Shown piece after piece: positions 1 through 13,715 of a stretch of 64,000 nucleotides of DNA. The translations under genes were made by a program, and so were the position numbers. The notes beneath the pieces were generated by a model that was not told the DNA's origin, searched no databases, and was given only the letters and a program-made list of their open reading frames with translations. Source of the stretch: Lytechinus pictus (taxonomy: Eukaryota); the NCBI RefSeq assembly GCF_037042905.1, contig NC_087251.1:47120001-47184000 (forward strand), in the 5' to 3' direction. Numbering within the stretch: the first letter of the stretch is position 1; each line of letters begins with the position of its first letter.

Positions 1-3000
1 CCTCCTCCTGCTGGTGGTACTCCTCTTCTACCTCCTCTTCTACCTCCTTCTGTTGGTGGTACTCCTCTTCTACCTCCTCCTGTTGGTGGTACTCCCCTTC
101 TACCTCCCCCTGCTGGTGGTACTCTCCTTCTACCTGCTGCTGCTGGTGGTACTCCCCTTCTACCTCCCCCTGCTGGTGGTACTCATCTTCTACCTCCCCC
201 TGTTGGTGGTACTCCTCTTCTACCTCCTCCTGTTGGTGGTACTCCTCTTCTACCTCCTGCTGGTGGTACTCCTCTTCTACCTCCTCCTGCTGGTGGTACT
301 CCACTTCTACCTCCTCCTACTGGTGGTACTCCTCTTCTACCTCCTCCTGCTGGTGGTACTCCTCTTCTACCTCCTCTTCTACCTCCTCCTGTTGGTGGTA
401 CTCCTCTTCTACCTCCTCCTGTTGGTGGTACTCCCCTTCTACCTCCTCCTGCTGGTGGTACTCTCCTTCTACCTGCTGCTGCTGGTGGTACTCCCCTTCT
501 ACCTCCCCCTGCTGGTGGTACTCATCTTCTACCTCCCCCTGTTGGTGGTACTCCTCTTCTACCTCCTCCTGTTGGTGGTACTCCTCTTCTACCTCCTCCT
601 GTTGGTGGTACTCCTCTTCTACCTCCTCCTGCTGGTGGTACTCCCCTTCTACCTCCCCCTGCTGGTGGTACTCCTCTTCTACCTCCTCCTGTTGGTGGTA
701 CTCCTCTTCTACCTCCTCCTGTTGGTGGTACTCCTCTTCTACCTCCTCCTGTTGGTGGTACTCCTCTTCTACCTCCTCCTGCTGGTGGTACTCCTCTTCT
801 ACCTCCTCCTGCTGGTGGTACTCCCCTTCTACCTCCTCCTGCTGGTGGTACTCTCCTTCTACCTCCTGCTGCTGGTGGTACTCCCCTTCTACCTCCCCCT
901 GCTGGTGGTACTCCACTTCTACCTCCTCCTGCTGGTGGTACTCTCCTTCTACCTCCTGCTGCTGGTGGTACTCCCCTTCTACCTCCCCCTGCTGGTGGTA
1001 CTCCTCTTCTACCTCCTCTTCTACCTCCTCCTGCTGGTGGTACTCCTCTTCTACCTCCTCCTGCTGGTGGTACTCCTCTTCTACCTCCTCTTCTACCTCC
1101 TCCTGTTGGTGGTACTCCTCTTCTACCTCCTCCTGTTGGTGGTACTCCCCTTCTACCTCCTCCTGCTGGTGGTACTCTCCTTCTACCTCCTGCTGCTGGT
1201 GGTACTCCCCTTCTACCTCCCCCTGCTGATGGTACTCCTCTTCTACCTCCTCTTCTACGGCCTGTTGGTGGTACTCCTCTTCTACCTCCTCCTGCTGGTG
1301 GTACTCCCCTCCTACCTCCTCCTGCTGGTGGTACTCTCCTTCTACCTCCTGCTGCTGGTGGTACTCCCCTTCTACCTCCCCCTGCTGGTGGTACTCCACT
1401 TCTACCTCCTGCTGCTGGTGGTACTCCACTTCTACCTCCTCCTACTGGTGGTACTCCTCTTCTACCTCCTCCTGCTGGTGGTACTCCTCTTCTACCTCCT
1501 CTTCTACCTCCTTCTGTTGGTGGTACTCCTCTTCTACCTCCTCCTGTTGGTGGTACTCCCCTTCTACCTCCCCCTGCTGGTGGTACTCTCCTTCTACCTG
1601 CTGCTGCTGGTGGTACTCCCCTTCTACCTCCCCCTGCTGGTGGTACTCATCTTCTACCTCCCCCTGTTGGTGGTACTCCTCTTCTACCTCCTCCTGTTGG
1701 TGGTACTCCTCTTCTACCTCCTGCTGGTGGTACTCCTCTTCTACCTCCTCCTGCTGGTGGTACTCCACTTCTACCTCCTCCTACTGGTGGTACTCCTCTT
1801 CTACCTCCTCCTGCTGGTGGTACTCCTCTTCTACCTCCTCTTCTACCTCCTCCTGTTGGTGGTACTCCTCTTCTACCTCCTCCTGTTGGTGGTACTCCCC
1901 TTCTACCTCCTCCTGCTGGTGGTACTCTCCTTCTACCTGCTGCTGCTGGTGGTACTCCCCTTCTACCTCCCCCTGCTGGTGGTACTCATCTTCTACCTCC
2001 CCCTGTTGGTGGTACTCCTCTTCTACCTCCTCCTGTTGGTGGTACTCCTCTTCTACCTCCTCCTGTTGGTGGTACTCCTCTTCTACCTCCTCCTGCTGGT
2101 GGTACTCCCCTTCTACCTCCCCCTGCTGGTGGTACTCCTCTTCTACCTCCTCCTGCTGGTGGTACTCCTCTTCTACCTCCTCCTGCTGGTGGTACTCCCC
2201 TTCTACCTCCTCCTGCTGGTGGTACTCTCCTTCTACCTCCTGCTGCTGGTGGTACTCCCCTTCTACCTCCCCCTGCTGCATGGTGGTACTCCACTTCTAC
2301 CTCCTCCTGCTGGTGGTACTCTCCTTCTACCTCCTCCTGTTGGTGGTACTCCTCTTCTACCTCCTCCTGTTGGTGGTACTCCCCTTCTACCTCCTCCTGC
2401 TGGTGGTACTCTCCTTCTACCTGCTGCTGCTGGTGGTACTCCCCTTCTACCTCCCCCTGCTGGTGGTACTCCTCTTCTACCTCCCCCTGTTGGTGGTACT
2501 CCTCTTCTACCTCCTCCTGTTGGTGGTACTCCTCTTCTACCTCCTCCTGTTGGTGGTACTCCTCTTCTACCTCCTCCTGCTGGTGGTACTCCTCTTCTAC
2601 CTCCTCCTGCTGGTGGTACTCCCCTTCTACCTCCTCCTGCTGGTGGTACTCTCCTTCTACCTCCTGCTGCTGGTGCTACTCCCCTTTCTACCTCCCCCTG
2701 CTGTTGGTACTCCACTTCTACCTCCTCCTGCTGGTGGTACTCTCCTTCTACCTCCTGCTGCTGGTGGTACTCCCCTTCTACCTCCCCCTGCTGGTGGTAC
2801 TCCTCTTCTACCTCCTCTTCTACCTCCTCCTGCTGGTGGTACTCCTCTTCTACCTCCTCTTCTACCTCCTCCTGTTGGTGGTACTCCTCTTCTACCTCCT
2901 CCTGTTGGTGGTACTCCCCTTCTACCTCCTCCTGCTGGTGGTACTCTCCTTCTACCTCCTGCTGCTGGTGGTACTCCCCTTCTACCTCCCCCTGCTGGTG

Positions 3001-6000
3001 GTACTCCTCTTCTACCTCCTCTTCTATGGCCTGTTGGTGGTACTCCTCTTCTACCTCCTCCTGCTGGTGGTACTCCCCTTCTACCTCCTCCTGCTGGTGG
3101 TACTCTCCTTCTACCTCCTGCTGCTGGTGGTACTCCCCTTCTACCTCCCCCTGCTGGTGGTACTCCACTTCTACCTCCTGCTGCTGGTGGTACTCCCCTT
3201 CTACCTCCTCCTGCTGGTGGTACTCTCCTTCTACCTCCTGCTGCTGGTGGTACTCCCCTTCTACCTCCCCCTGCTGGTGGTACTCCTCTTCTACCTCCTC
3301 TTCTACGGCCTGTTGGTGGTACTCCTCTTCTACCTCCTCCTGCTGGTGGTACTCCCCTTCTACCTCCCCCTGCTGGTGGTACTCCACTTCTACCTCCTCC
3401 TGCTGGTGGTACTCCCCTTCTACCTCCTCCTGCTGGTGGTACTCTCCTTCTACCTCCTGCTGCTGGTGGTACTCCCCTTCTACCTCCCCCTGCTGGTGGT
3501 ACTCCACTTCTACCTCCTGCTGCTGGTGGTACTCCACTTCTACCTCCTGCTGCTGGTGGTACTCCCCTTCTACCTCCTCCTGCTGGTGGTACTCTCCTTC
3601 TACCTCGTGCTGCTGGTGGTACTCCCCTTCTACCTCCCCCTGCTGGTGGTACTCCCCTTCTACCTCCCCCTGCTGGTGGTACTCCACTTCTACCTCCTGC
3701 TGCTGGTGGTACTCCCCTTCTACCTCCTCCTGCTGGTGGTACTCTCCTTCTACCTCCTGCTGCTGGTGGTACTCCCCTTCTACCTCCCCCTGCTGGTGGT
3801 ACTCCACTTCTACCTCCTCCTGCTGGTGGTATACTCCCCTTCTACCTCCTCCTGTTGGTGGTACTCATCTTCTACCTCCTCCTGTTGGTGGTACTCCTCT
3901 TCTACCTCCTCCTGCTGGTGGTACTCCTCTTCTACCTCCTCCTGCTGGTGGTACTCCCCTTCTACCTCCTCCTGCTGGTGGTACTCCTCTTCTACCTCCT
4001 CCTGCTGGTGGTACTCCTCTTCTACCTCCTCCTGCTGGTGGTACTCCTCTTCTACCTCCTCCTGCTGGTGGTACTCCCCGTCTACCTCCTCCTGCTGGTG
4101 GTACTCCTCTTCTACCTCCTCCTGCTGGTGGTACTCCTCTTCTACCTCCTCCTGCTGGTGGTACTCCTCTTCTACCTCCTCCTGCTGGTGGTACTCCTCT
4201 TCTAACTCCTCCTGTCGGTGGTACTCCTCTTCTACCTCCTCCTGCTGGTGGTACTCCTCTTCTACCTCCTCCTGCTGGTGGTACTCCTCTTCTACCTCCT
4301 CTTCTACCTCCTCCTGCTGGTGGTACTCCTCTTCTACCTCCTCCTGCTGGTGGTACTCCTCTTCTACCTCCTCTTCTACCTCCTCCTGTTGGTGGTACTC
4401 CTCTTCTACCTCCTCCTGTTGGTGGTACTCCCCTTCTACCTCCTCCTGCTGGTGGTACTCTCCTTCTACCTCCTGCTGCTGGTGGTACTCCCCTTCTACT
4501 TCCCCCTGCTGGTGGTACTCCTCTTCTACCTCCTCTTCTACGGCCTGTTGGTGGTACTCCTCTTCTACCTCCTCCTGCTGGTGGTACTCCCCTTCTACCT
4601 CCTCCTGCTGGTGGTACTCTCCTTCTACCTCCTGCTGCTGGTGGTACTCCCCTTCTACCTCCCCCTGCTGGTGGTACTCCACTTCTACCTCCTGCTGCTG
4701 GTGGTACTCCCCTTCTACCTCCTCCTGCTGGTGGTACTCTCCTTCTACCTCCTGCTGCTGGTGGTACTCCCCTTCTACCTCCCCCTGCTGGTGGTACTCC
4801 TCTTCTACCTCCTCTTCTACCTCCTCCTGTTGGTGGTACTCCTCTTCTACCTCCTCCTGTTGGTGGTACTCCTCTTCTACCTCCTCCTGCTGGTGGTACT
4901 CCTCTTCTACCTCCTCCTGCTGGTGGTACTCCCCTTCTACCTCCTCCTGCTGGTGGTACTCCTCTTCTACCTCCTCCTGTTGGTGGTACTCCTCTTCTAC
5001 CTCCTCCTGTTGGTGGTACTCCTCTTCTACCTCCTCCTGCTGGTGGTACTCCTCTTCTACCTCCTCCTGCTGGTGGTACTCCCCTTCTACCTCCTCCTGC
5101 TGGTGGTACTCTCCTTCTACCTCCTGCTGCTGGTGGTACTCTCCTTCTACCTCCTCTTGCTGGTGGTACTCCCCGTCTACCTCCTCCTGCTGGTGGTACT
5201 CCTCTTCTACCACCTCCTTTTGGTGGTACTCCCCTTCTACCTCCTCCTGCTGGTGGTACTCCTCTTCTATCTCCTCCTGTTGGTGGTACTTCCCTTCTAC
5301 CTCCTCGATCCTGCTGGTGGTCCTCCTCTTCTACCTCCTCCTGTTGGTGGTACTCCTCTTCTACCTCCTCCTGCTGGTGGTACTCCTCTTCTACCTCCTC
5401 CTGCTGGTGGTACTCCCCTTCTACCTCCTCCTGCTGGTGGTACTCCTCTTCTACCTCCTCCTGTTGGTGGTACTCCTCTTCTACCTCCTCCTGTTGGTGG
5501 TACTCCTCTTCTACCTCCTCCTGCTGGTGGTACTCCTCTTCTACCTCCTCCTGCTGGTGGTACTCCCCTTCTACCTCCTCCTGCTGGTGGTACTCTCCTT
5601 CTACCTCCTGCTGCTGGTGGTACTCTCCTTCTACCTCCTCTTGCTGGTGGTACTCCCCGTCTACCTCCTCCTGCTGGTGGTACTCCTCTTCTACCACCTC
5701 CTTTTGGTGGTACTCCCCTTCTACCTCCTCCTGCTGGTGGTACTCCTCTTCTATCTCCTCCTGTTGGTGGTACTTCCCTTCTACCTCCTCGATCCTGCTG
5801 GTGGTCCTCCTCTTCTACCTCCTCCTGCTGGTGGTACTCCCCTTCTACCTCCTCCTGCTGGTGGTAGTCCCTTTCTACCTCCTCCTGCTAGTGGTACTCC
5901 TCTTCTAGCTACCTCCTCCTGCTGGTGGTTCTCCTCTTCTACCACCTCCTGCTGGTGGTACTCCCCTTCTACCTCCTCCTGCTGGTGGTATACTCCCCTT

Positions 6001-6095
6001 CTACCTACCTCCTCCTGCTGGTGGTACTCCCCTTCTACCTCCTCCTGCTGGTGGTACTCCCCTTCTACCTCCTCCTGCTGGTGGTACTCCTCTTC
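1..6095. repeat. 30-bp minisatellite array (~200 units, consensus GGTGGTACTCCTCTTCTACCTCCTCCTGCT) with higher-order duplications
   Basis: Directly visible tandem unit. Diagnostic variants recur at a period of 1464 bp (CTTCTG at 47 and 1511) and 484 bp (GATC at 5307 and 5791). The - strand reads (EEVEEEYHQQ)n and the + strand reads (GGTPLLPPPA)n. The array runs off the left window edge. Confidence 0.97.
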
Positions 6096-7001
6096 TACAT
6101 TCTGCCCTGCATCTTCATCATCGTCCTCCATCTGCTCCTCTTCCTTCTCCAATTCTTCCAACTCTTCCTTCTGCTCCTCAACGTTCACCTGGACATCCAT
6201 CTTCTCCACAGAAACATCCACCTTAAGTTGCTGCTGATATTCCGAGTCTACCTTCTCTTTCTTTTGTTCATCAGCATCTCCCTGCTCCTGTTCCCGCTTC
6301 TCTTCCTCAACCTCTTCCTTCTGCAGATCTTCAATGCTTCCCACTTCTTCCCACTGCCCCTCTTCAATATTGTATCCCTGCTTCTCTAGCTTCTCGCTGC
6401 CCCTCCTTATCTTTCTGCTCCTTCTCCTCTTCCCTCTGCTGCACCTCAATGCTATAGTCCAGCTCCTTTTCCGGCTACCCCTCAACGAAATCTTCCTCCT
6501 TCTTTTCCATCTGCCCCCGGCCTCTTCAACATCTTCCTGGATCTCTTCTTGCTGCTCCTCATCAATATCAGCCTGCTCTTATTCTTAATTTCTCCTCTTC
6601 CTTTTGCTGCTCCTCAATGCAGTCATCGTGCTCCTCTGCTCCCTGCCCTTCCTCATAATCCTTCTGCTCCTCTTCTTGAGGCTCCTCAACATCTTCCTGC
6701 CCCTCCTCATTCCTTCTGCTGCCCCTGTTCTCTCTGATCGCGCCCCTTCTCAATTTATTCCTTCTCCGTTTTCTCCTGCATGCTCCTCGACCCTATTTTC
6801 CATCTTCTCTTCCTCCTCCTGCTCCTCATTTCCTGCTCTTCATCCATGACCTCTTCCACTTTCTTCTCTTCTACTGGCCCGAGAATGTAATATCCAATAG
6901 GCCATTGACTGATCTAACCAGAAGGTCACTGAAGAATACACCGAAATCAAAGGCCAGTGGGTCCGAGAGTTGTTCTTGATAAGGTATAATGACCCGTTCA
7001 C
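5781..7001 (-). pseudogene. Frameshifted Glu/Gln/Lys-rich coding-like exon leading into the EEVEEEYHQQ repeat (pseudogene or unpolished assembly)
   Basis: Non-repetitive acidic reading frame (...EEQKEELEELEKEEEQMEDDDEDAGQNVEEEYHQQ) runs in frame into the repeat. A strong acceptor TTTTTTTTTGCAG lies at ~7002-7014 on the - strand. There are several frameshifts and stops between 6485 and 6900. Confidence 0.4.
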
Positions 7002-7956
7002 CTGCAAAAAAAAATTAGGGCAATTGATAAAACCAAACTCCTGTGGAACCAACATAATGTGTAAAAAATGATTAGCAGAGTTGGGTCCTGTTGTATTGGA
7101 AATGTGTGAATCGCGATGTAAATTACGAAAGAAAGTGTCCTAATTTAAGGAGGTTTTTGTAATCATAGTGAATATGGTTACAATCAAGAGATGATGTAAT
7201 AAAACTTGAATATTAATTGTATTAATAAAGCAATTACCGTTGTCGCTCATTATGCAAATTCGATAGTCGAAGATTCTGAAGAATAATGTGCAACCAAAGA
7301 ATTAACAACAATATCGATATCATAAATGATATATAAGACAATATTAATTTCGAAATCAAAATAAACTTGGTAACTATAATGATATGCGCACCAATTCACA
7401 TTTCATTACGTCACAATAAAGAAGACAACTAAGTTGCGCGCTATGAAAAAAAAATCATTAGCATCCTCATGATAGGAAGATCGTGGGTTCGATATTAGCC
7501 GGGGAGTGTTTCATAGAAGGGCCAGGCGGCACGGCCCTGGGAACAATTTTTTATTGGGGTGCTGAAGAAAGTTTGATGAGCGAAAAAAAAAGGGTTTCAT
7601 TACAAAATGAAGGCCGTTTGGGTTCCAAGAAATTTGACAAGTAAAAAAAAAAAAAAAAAAAAAAAGGTTTCGATTGGTCATTTTCAATACATTTCTCCAA
7701 TTTGACACACCTACCAGAATTCCAGGGGGTGCTGCCAATGGAAAATAATACACGCAGCACCCATGCACAAGGAAAATGCTTCCCAGGGCCATTCCAGGCG
7801 GACGTTTATTTATCCGACAGTTACACCCAATCAAAATCAAGTGAATTTGCCGGATCCGCCAACTTGTCGGAAAAATGTTGAGGAAAAACCTCTTACCGAG
7901 TCATACCAAAGAATTTGCCTGCCTTTTTACCAGACAGGCGCCCGACGTTTATAGTT

Positions 7957-8219
7957 NNNNNNNNNNNNNNNNNNNNNNNNNNNNNNNNNNNNNNNNNNNN
8001 NNNNNNNNNNNNNNNNNNNNNNNNNNNNNNNNNNNNNNNNNNNNNNNNNNNNNNNNNNNNNNNNNNNNNNNNNNNNNNNNNNNNNNNNNNNNNNNNNNNN
8101 NNNNNNNNNNNNNNNNNNNNNNNNNNNNNNNNNNNNNNNNNNNNNNNNNNNNNNNNNNNNNNNNNNNNNNNNNNNNNNNNNNNNNNNNNNNNNNNNNNNN
8201 NNNNNNNNNNNNNNNNNNN
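7957..8219. other. Assembly gap (263 N)
   Basis: Run of N. Confidence 1.
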
Positions 8220-8340
8220 TAGTAGTAGTAGACTATAGTAGTAGTAATAGTAGACTACTACTACTAGTAGTAGTAGTATTAGCAGCAGCAGCAGCGCAGT
8301 AGTAGTAGCAGCAGCAGTAGTATAGTAGAAGTAGTAGTAA
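8220..8340. repeat. (TAG)n/(CAG)n compound microsatellite
   Basis: Visible trinucleotide repeats abutting the gap. Confidence 0.9.
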
Positions 8341-11300
8341 AGATATGTAGCATTTATTATACAACACTATGTTCACTATTTCAATTATCCTATTCCCCAT
8401 TACTATATTGGGGAGGATTGTGAATTTCGTATATTCAATTGAGTGATACATCAGAATAACATTTATAATTATTATCGGCCGGGGGGGGGGGGGGAGTGGC
8501 CCTCTAAGCCCCTCCCCGATGTGTACGTTTGCCAATAATTAAATGTCTTAATTTACCTTTTTTGCCTCCCAAGTTATACCATTGCAAACAGGGTCATAGA
8601 ATTTCTTTTTAGCTGAACTATTTTTACAACTGAATCATTTTTTGTCTGAAACTATTTAGCTAGAAACAGAAGACATTAGCCTTTTTGATGTAGGCGAGAA
8701 TATTTTTTTAGTCAGAAATTTTTAAGAGATATTTCTTATCACCTAGGAAAACACTAAGCCTAACAATTAGGAAGAATGCTTGCCAAATTGAGAAGAAAGA
8801 ACGTTTACTAATTAAAGCAGATTATAGCTGAAAATACCCTGAAATTGCCCCCACCGTCCACACCGCGTCCATTTAATATGCTTCGAACGCTCCTACTTCT
8901 TTTTTTTTTTCGTTTACAGCCGGTTTTGCAGATACCGTAAACCATTTTTACCTGGTCAAATTGCCCCAGGTTTGTCACCAGAAACAGCTCCAAAATAGGT
9001 AAGTAAACACGCCAGTTATATTTATTTGACGATGATTATAGTTCGAATAATATTTATTTCATATCTATCATGTTAAATTGTTTTCCATGAGATTAGAAAA
9101 CACATTTTAAAACCAATATTTTTAGGCCTTTCGACTCTCGTTAAGTTAGACTTGAAAAAAATTACACAAATTTCAATAGATGGGACAACACAGCCAGTAG
9201 GCTATGGGTTCATCCAAGCCAAGCAAGATGGACGCTTAATTAAGGCAAGCGCTTCACACTTAATTTCATTTTAAAACTGGGACTCGTACTCTTGAGAGAA
9301 AAAAAAATGTTGGGGGATGGGCATGATGAGGTGGAGATACTGAGAAAGAACAATTTGTATGAAAGAAACTGAAACTAAGGAGAGAGGCAGCGTAGCCGCG
9401 AAGACAGCTGGCAGCTGTCAGTTTCGAGGAGTTTTTAACATTTTATTTTTTTTTAATTTCTCCTTGTCCACAGGCGGCTCGCGATCGTGCTGCCGCCATT
9501 AGGGGGTTAACAATGCAAAATCCCCCCGACAGGGCTCATTGATTTTTGTCTTTATTTCATAAAAATATATAAAAAGAACTGGACCAAAATAAAGATTATT
9601 ATTCCGTTTGGGCCTGAAATGCACCAAGTCAAAACGGGGAAAAAATTAACTTAAAAGGGGAAAAAACAGTGACTTACTTCGGCTATCGCGCAACTCCCAC
9701 TTCCCTGGTTTATCCAAACTTTATATGGCCATTGAGTCCCTGTACAGTTCGAGGTAGAACTTCGGTCTCTCATACTCTCTGAAATTGGTGATGGAGCCAA
9801 CAGAGTTCAGCGGAACAACCAATATAACAGAGGCTCGTAATAATCTTATCAGAATCAGAGCTCGACCCGGAAAGGCCCGGCAACACGGAGCTAAAATTTA
9901 TTTATGGCCATGCAAAATACAATGTTTTGACCTACTTTAGTACTTGACTCTTGTCTGTGACCGACATCACCTTCTGACCTTGTTCTCGAAAGACGATACA
10001 AATCCCCCAAATATTTTATTCACTGTTTACATTATCCAGTAGTAATATAGAGAGGAGATTGAGACAATACAAGGCCAATTCGCAATCCCTCACATGCCTA
10101 TCAGTGCAGCGGTCAACAGCATGAGTCTGTGCACTGCTGGTGGTATGATTGGTTCTTGCTTACTGCGAAACATGTGCTTTGAAATGATTTTTTTTTATGT
10201 GTGTAATCGAGAGGCAGTTTACAAACCACATCGTTTATTATGTTATTCTGGTGACCCAATTTTCAAACAGGCTCTCACAGACATTGTTTTTGTCTCCCAT
10301 AGGATAGATTTATTTTAAGAGGGGGGGGGGGGGGTGGAAGTGGCAGAAAGAGTTGAAGGGCCCAGCCACTGACAAATCATGGGAAAATTGAATCAATACG
10401 AAATTTGGATAAGGCCAATTGACTTGCATAATATAATCCGTCCGTCATGAGTGCCCGTCGGATAAATGCGATAAAAGTTTGTACAGCATGAATTTGACCG
10501 AACTCGTGATGGTTATTTACTTCGGATCATCGCAGTTCCAGTTTCCAACAATCCCAATTCCTAGACTCGTAGCATGTCTCTTGATTGCTAAACCAAAATA
10601 AATAACCTCTGTGAAGTTCCATGTTTCAAAAGTGAAAACATGCAGTTTACTTCTGGTTGGTTAGTCTACTAACTAATTGCTCTCCTATAGACCTCCCAGA
10701 CATGCCAGCGTCTGTTTCATAACACCCCAGGCATGCGGCCGAGTGAAAGACTTGAATCCCTTCTCTGTTTCGAGATTAGCCTTGATCTCCCCATGATTTG
10801 TCAATTAAAGGTCACTTTAATTTCTGAGCGTACTTCATTCTTCATATTTGCTTTGAAGCAATAGAATATTTTACTCAAACTATTTATTTTTATCTAACTT
10901 ATTCTAGCTTTCAGCTACCGGTAATAATTTTTTTGGTGTGATATACATGTACATGCAGGTCTATGGATCAAGAAGAATAATCTAAAGAAAAAAATATGCT
11001 CTTAGAAAAAGGTGTTTTTCTCCTTTTAATAAAAAAAAGACATTAAAATATATATTTTTTTATTTCATATTAAAATTTGACAATCAAAGTATCAGTCCGA
11101 TATCATCCTACCCCCATATCATCCATTTAGTCGTCTCATCTCTTCATCTCACACAATTTTTTGCTCTTGTACCCCCCTCTCCCTCGAACTGCACCCTCCT
11201 CTTCTCGTCCGTCTCCGTCCACCCTCTTTAATGTCTCCTTTAAATGGGCCCCAAATTAAAATGTTTTACACCCAGCTGAGCTATTATTTTTGGATCACCA

Positions 11301-11659
11301 TCTTTGTGGAATTTGTCAACACTACAGGAGGGGGGGGGGGGGGCTTCTATGGTTAGCAGAAAAACTGATAATATACAAAATATCTCAATACACTGAACAG
11401 ATAAAATAAAGAAGAAATATTCTACATATCATCACAGTCATATTAAAAGGAAAATTTCTTGATGTATGACCATGCCTAATGGACCGACTGGCCTTTACCT
11501 GTAAACAAATTGAACATTCTCACCCAGTGAAACCATTACTCTCAGCTAATCACAAGACCAGTCACATGATATCACATGCACACCCTTAGCTAGCCGGCCC
11601 ACACCCTTAGCTAGCCGGCTGGCTAGCTATAGGATGCATATCGTCCCAATCTACCGGGT

Positions 11660-13352
11660 AAATGCAAAATTGTGTATAAAACTTGTACAGCTTGTCCAAT
11701 TCTTTTGCTTGTAATATAGGAGTAAGGCAGGGAGAAAATTTGTCTCCTTTACTGTTTGCAATGTATTTGAATGATTTTGAATATTTTGTTAGTAGGCGTT
11801 ATAAAGGTCTTGATATGTGTGCTTCAGAGATTAGGAAAAATCTCAGTAATGATGATATTGAAGTATTTTTACGTCTTTATGTGTTGCTGTATGCGGACGA
11901 TACGATTGTTATGGCGGAGTCTGCTGATGAACTGCAAAATGCTTTATCAGCTGTACACCAGTACTGTGATCTTTGGAAATTGTCTGTTAACACAAGCAAA
12001 ACAAAGATTGTTATAATTTCTCATGGAAAAGTGCGTAAATACCCCAAATTTACTTTTGGTGATAATACCCTCAATGTTGTTGATGATAATATATACCTCG
12101 GAACGACTTTCAATTATAATGGTTCCTTTAATAAAGCTATACTAAACAGGTTAATCAGGCGAGGAGAGCTATGTTTGCTTTAATTTGCAAAGCAAAAAAA
12201 TTGTGCTTACCTGTGGATTTTCAGTGTGAGCTTTTTGATCAGCTTGTTGTTCCGATTTTGTTGTATGGTAGTGAAGTGTGGGGCTTCCAGAAGCTCGATT
12301 GTATTGAGATATTTCATAGGAAATTTCTTTAAAGTTTGCTTAAACTAACTCGTGGCACTGCCAAATGCATGGTGTATGGTGAACTTGGTAGAAGTGCCCT
12401 CGCAAGTAGGATAGAGATGCATATGGTTAATTTTTGGGCAAGGATTAGCCAAGGTAACAAATATAAACTCTCTTACACCATCTACAGTTTGTTACGAAAA
12501 TTTCATGTAAATTGTGATTTTCATTCAAGATGGATCTTAAAAATTAAAAGTATTTTGGACAATTGTGGAATGTCAAGTTTGTGGGAAGAAGACCATCTTT
12601 TAAATCTGAATCAGGTTAAGTTAGCTATGGAACGTAGATTACTTGATATTGATTACCAAAACTGAAATGAAGAAGTTCATAGAAATCGTTTGTGTGTCAA
12701 CTATAGAATTTTTAAAAAAGAAACAGTTTTAGAAAAATATTTGTTGAAGTTGGATGTAGGAGATAGAATATCTTTATGTAAATTTCGATGTGGTAACCAT
12801 AATCTGCCAATTGCTAAATGTCGTTATTCATCTGATCAGCCTCTTGAGATATGTCCATTGTGTAACCTTGAAGTTCAGGGTGATGAATTTCATTATGTTT
12901 TAGTATGTCCGTTTTTCAATGATGAGCGTAAGAAGTATGTTAAGACTTATTATTACCGTAGACCTAATGTCATTCAGTTTAATCAGCTATTCAATGTTAA
13001 ATCTATTAAGCACTTAAAAGAATCTATCCAAATTTTGTAAAGTCATCATGTCGAAGTTCAAATAATTTTGTTGTCTTTCCTTTTTTCATGCACTTCCAGT
13101 TGTTGAATTGGTCTTTTTAAAATTAATGTACATGTACGTAGTTCAGACTATTTTTATGCCATGTTATTAGTCCATATAATTTATTTTCGATTCTTGCCTT
13201 TTACCCATTTGTTGTAAGAGTCTGATATTTTAAGCTTTTGTTATCTTTTAACTTTTTTATGTATATCTATATTTGTTGTTACACTATTGTATTTCTTCCA
13301 TGCCCCTGAAGGGGCCGTATAAGAAATAAAAATCACCGTATCACTGTATCAC
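11660..13352 (+). mobile_element. 5'-truncated, degenerate non-LTR retrotransposon (LINE) ORF2 fragment: C-terminal half of RT, Cys/His motif and 3' UTR
   Basis: GVRQGENLSPLLF and LLYADD RT motifs, YLG motif, YGELGR and FRCGNH..CPLC..DEFH..C C-terminal motifs spread over three broken ORFs (11683-12183, 12336-12665, 12690-13040). The 3' end has AATAAA followed by short TCACYGTA tandem repeats. The clade (RTE-X/L2-like) is not certain. Confidence 0.92.
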
Positions 13353-13715
13353 ACAAGGCCATGACTCATGAGGTCCGATCATACACATCAATCAAAATCA
13401 TCATGGGGAAAGAATGAAAATAAGGTAGAGGGATGCTTGGCCTTTGACCTGTCCCCACGACCATCACACTAGGTGGATGGATTGCTTGTTAAAAACAGTT
13501 TCATGACTTTTATTGCGGTGACAGATGACACCTCAAATATTATCAAACCATCCGGGTTTATTTACCGAGTTTGAGGGATTCAAAGTGAGACCCGACCCGT
13601 AAAGTTCCGAGCCGGACAATGCCAACTCGGCAGGATTCAGTTTGGTAAACAATCCGAGCTACATGACTAGCTTTTGGTCTACGCAGCGCGTAGCTCAGTT
13701 GGCGGGTTAGACTTT

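Noticed and set aside
1-6095. Possible CRISPR-like array
   Set aside because: Pure head-to-tail tandem units with no unique spacers, in a eukaryotic context with no cas genes.
14-6237. Very long + strand ORFs (1964 aa, 1177 aa and others) reading LLLVVLLFY, SSCWWYS or GGTPLLPPPA
   Set aside because: Consequence of a stop-free 30-bp repeat. The frames switch at indels and have no coding-like unique flank on this strand.
7875-8238. ORFs running through X residues
   Set aside because: Artefact of the N gap.
8550-10620. Exon-like segments on the - strand (for example ~8556-8628 CKNSSAKKKFYDPVCNGITWEAKK, ~9678-9778, and near 10520) that might belong to the acidic-repeat gene
   Set aside because: Splice-like boundaries exist, but I could not chain them in frame or recognise a protein family, and one contains a stop.
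13690-13712. tRNA A-box-like TAGCTCAGTTGG
   Set aside because: No B box or cloverleaf follows.
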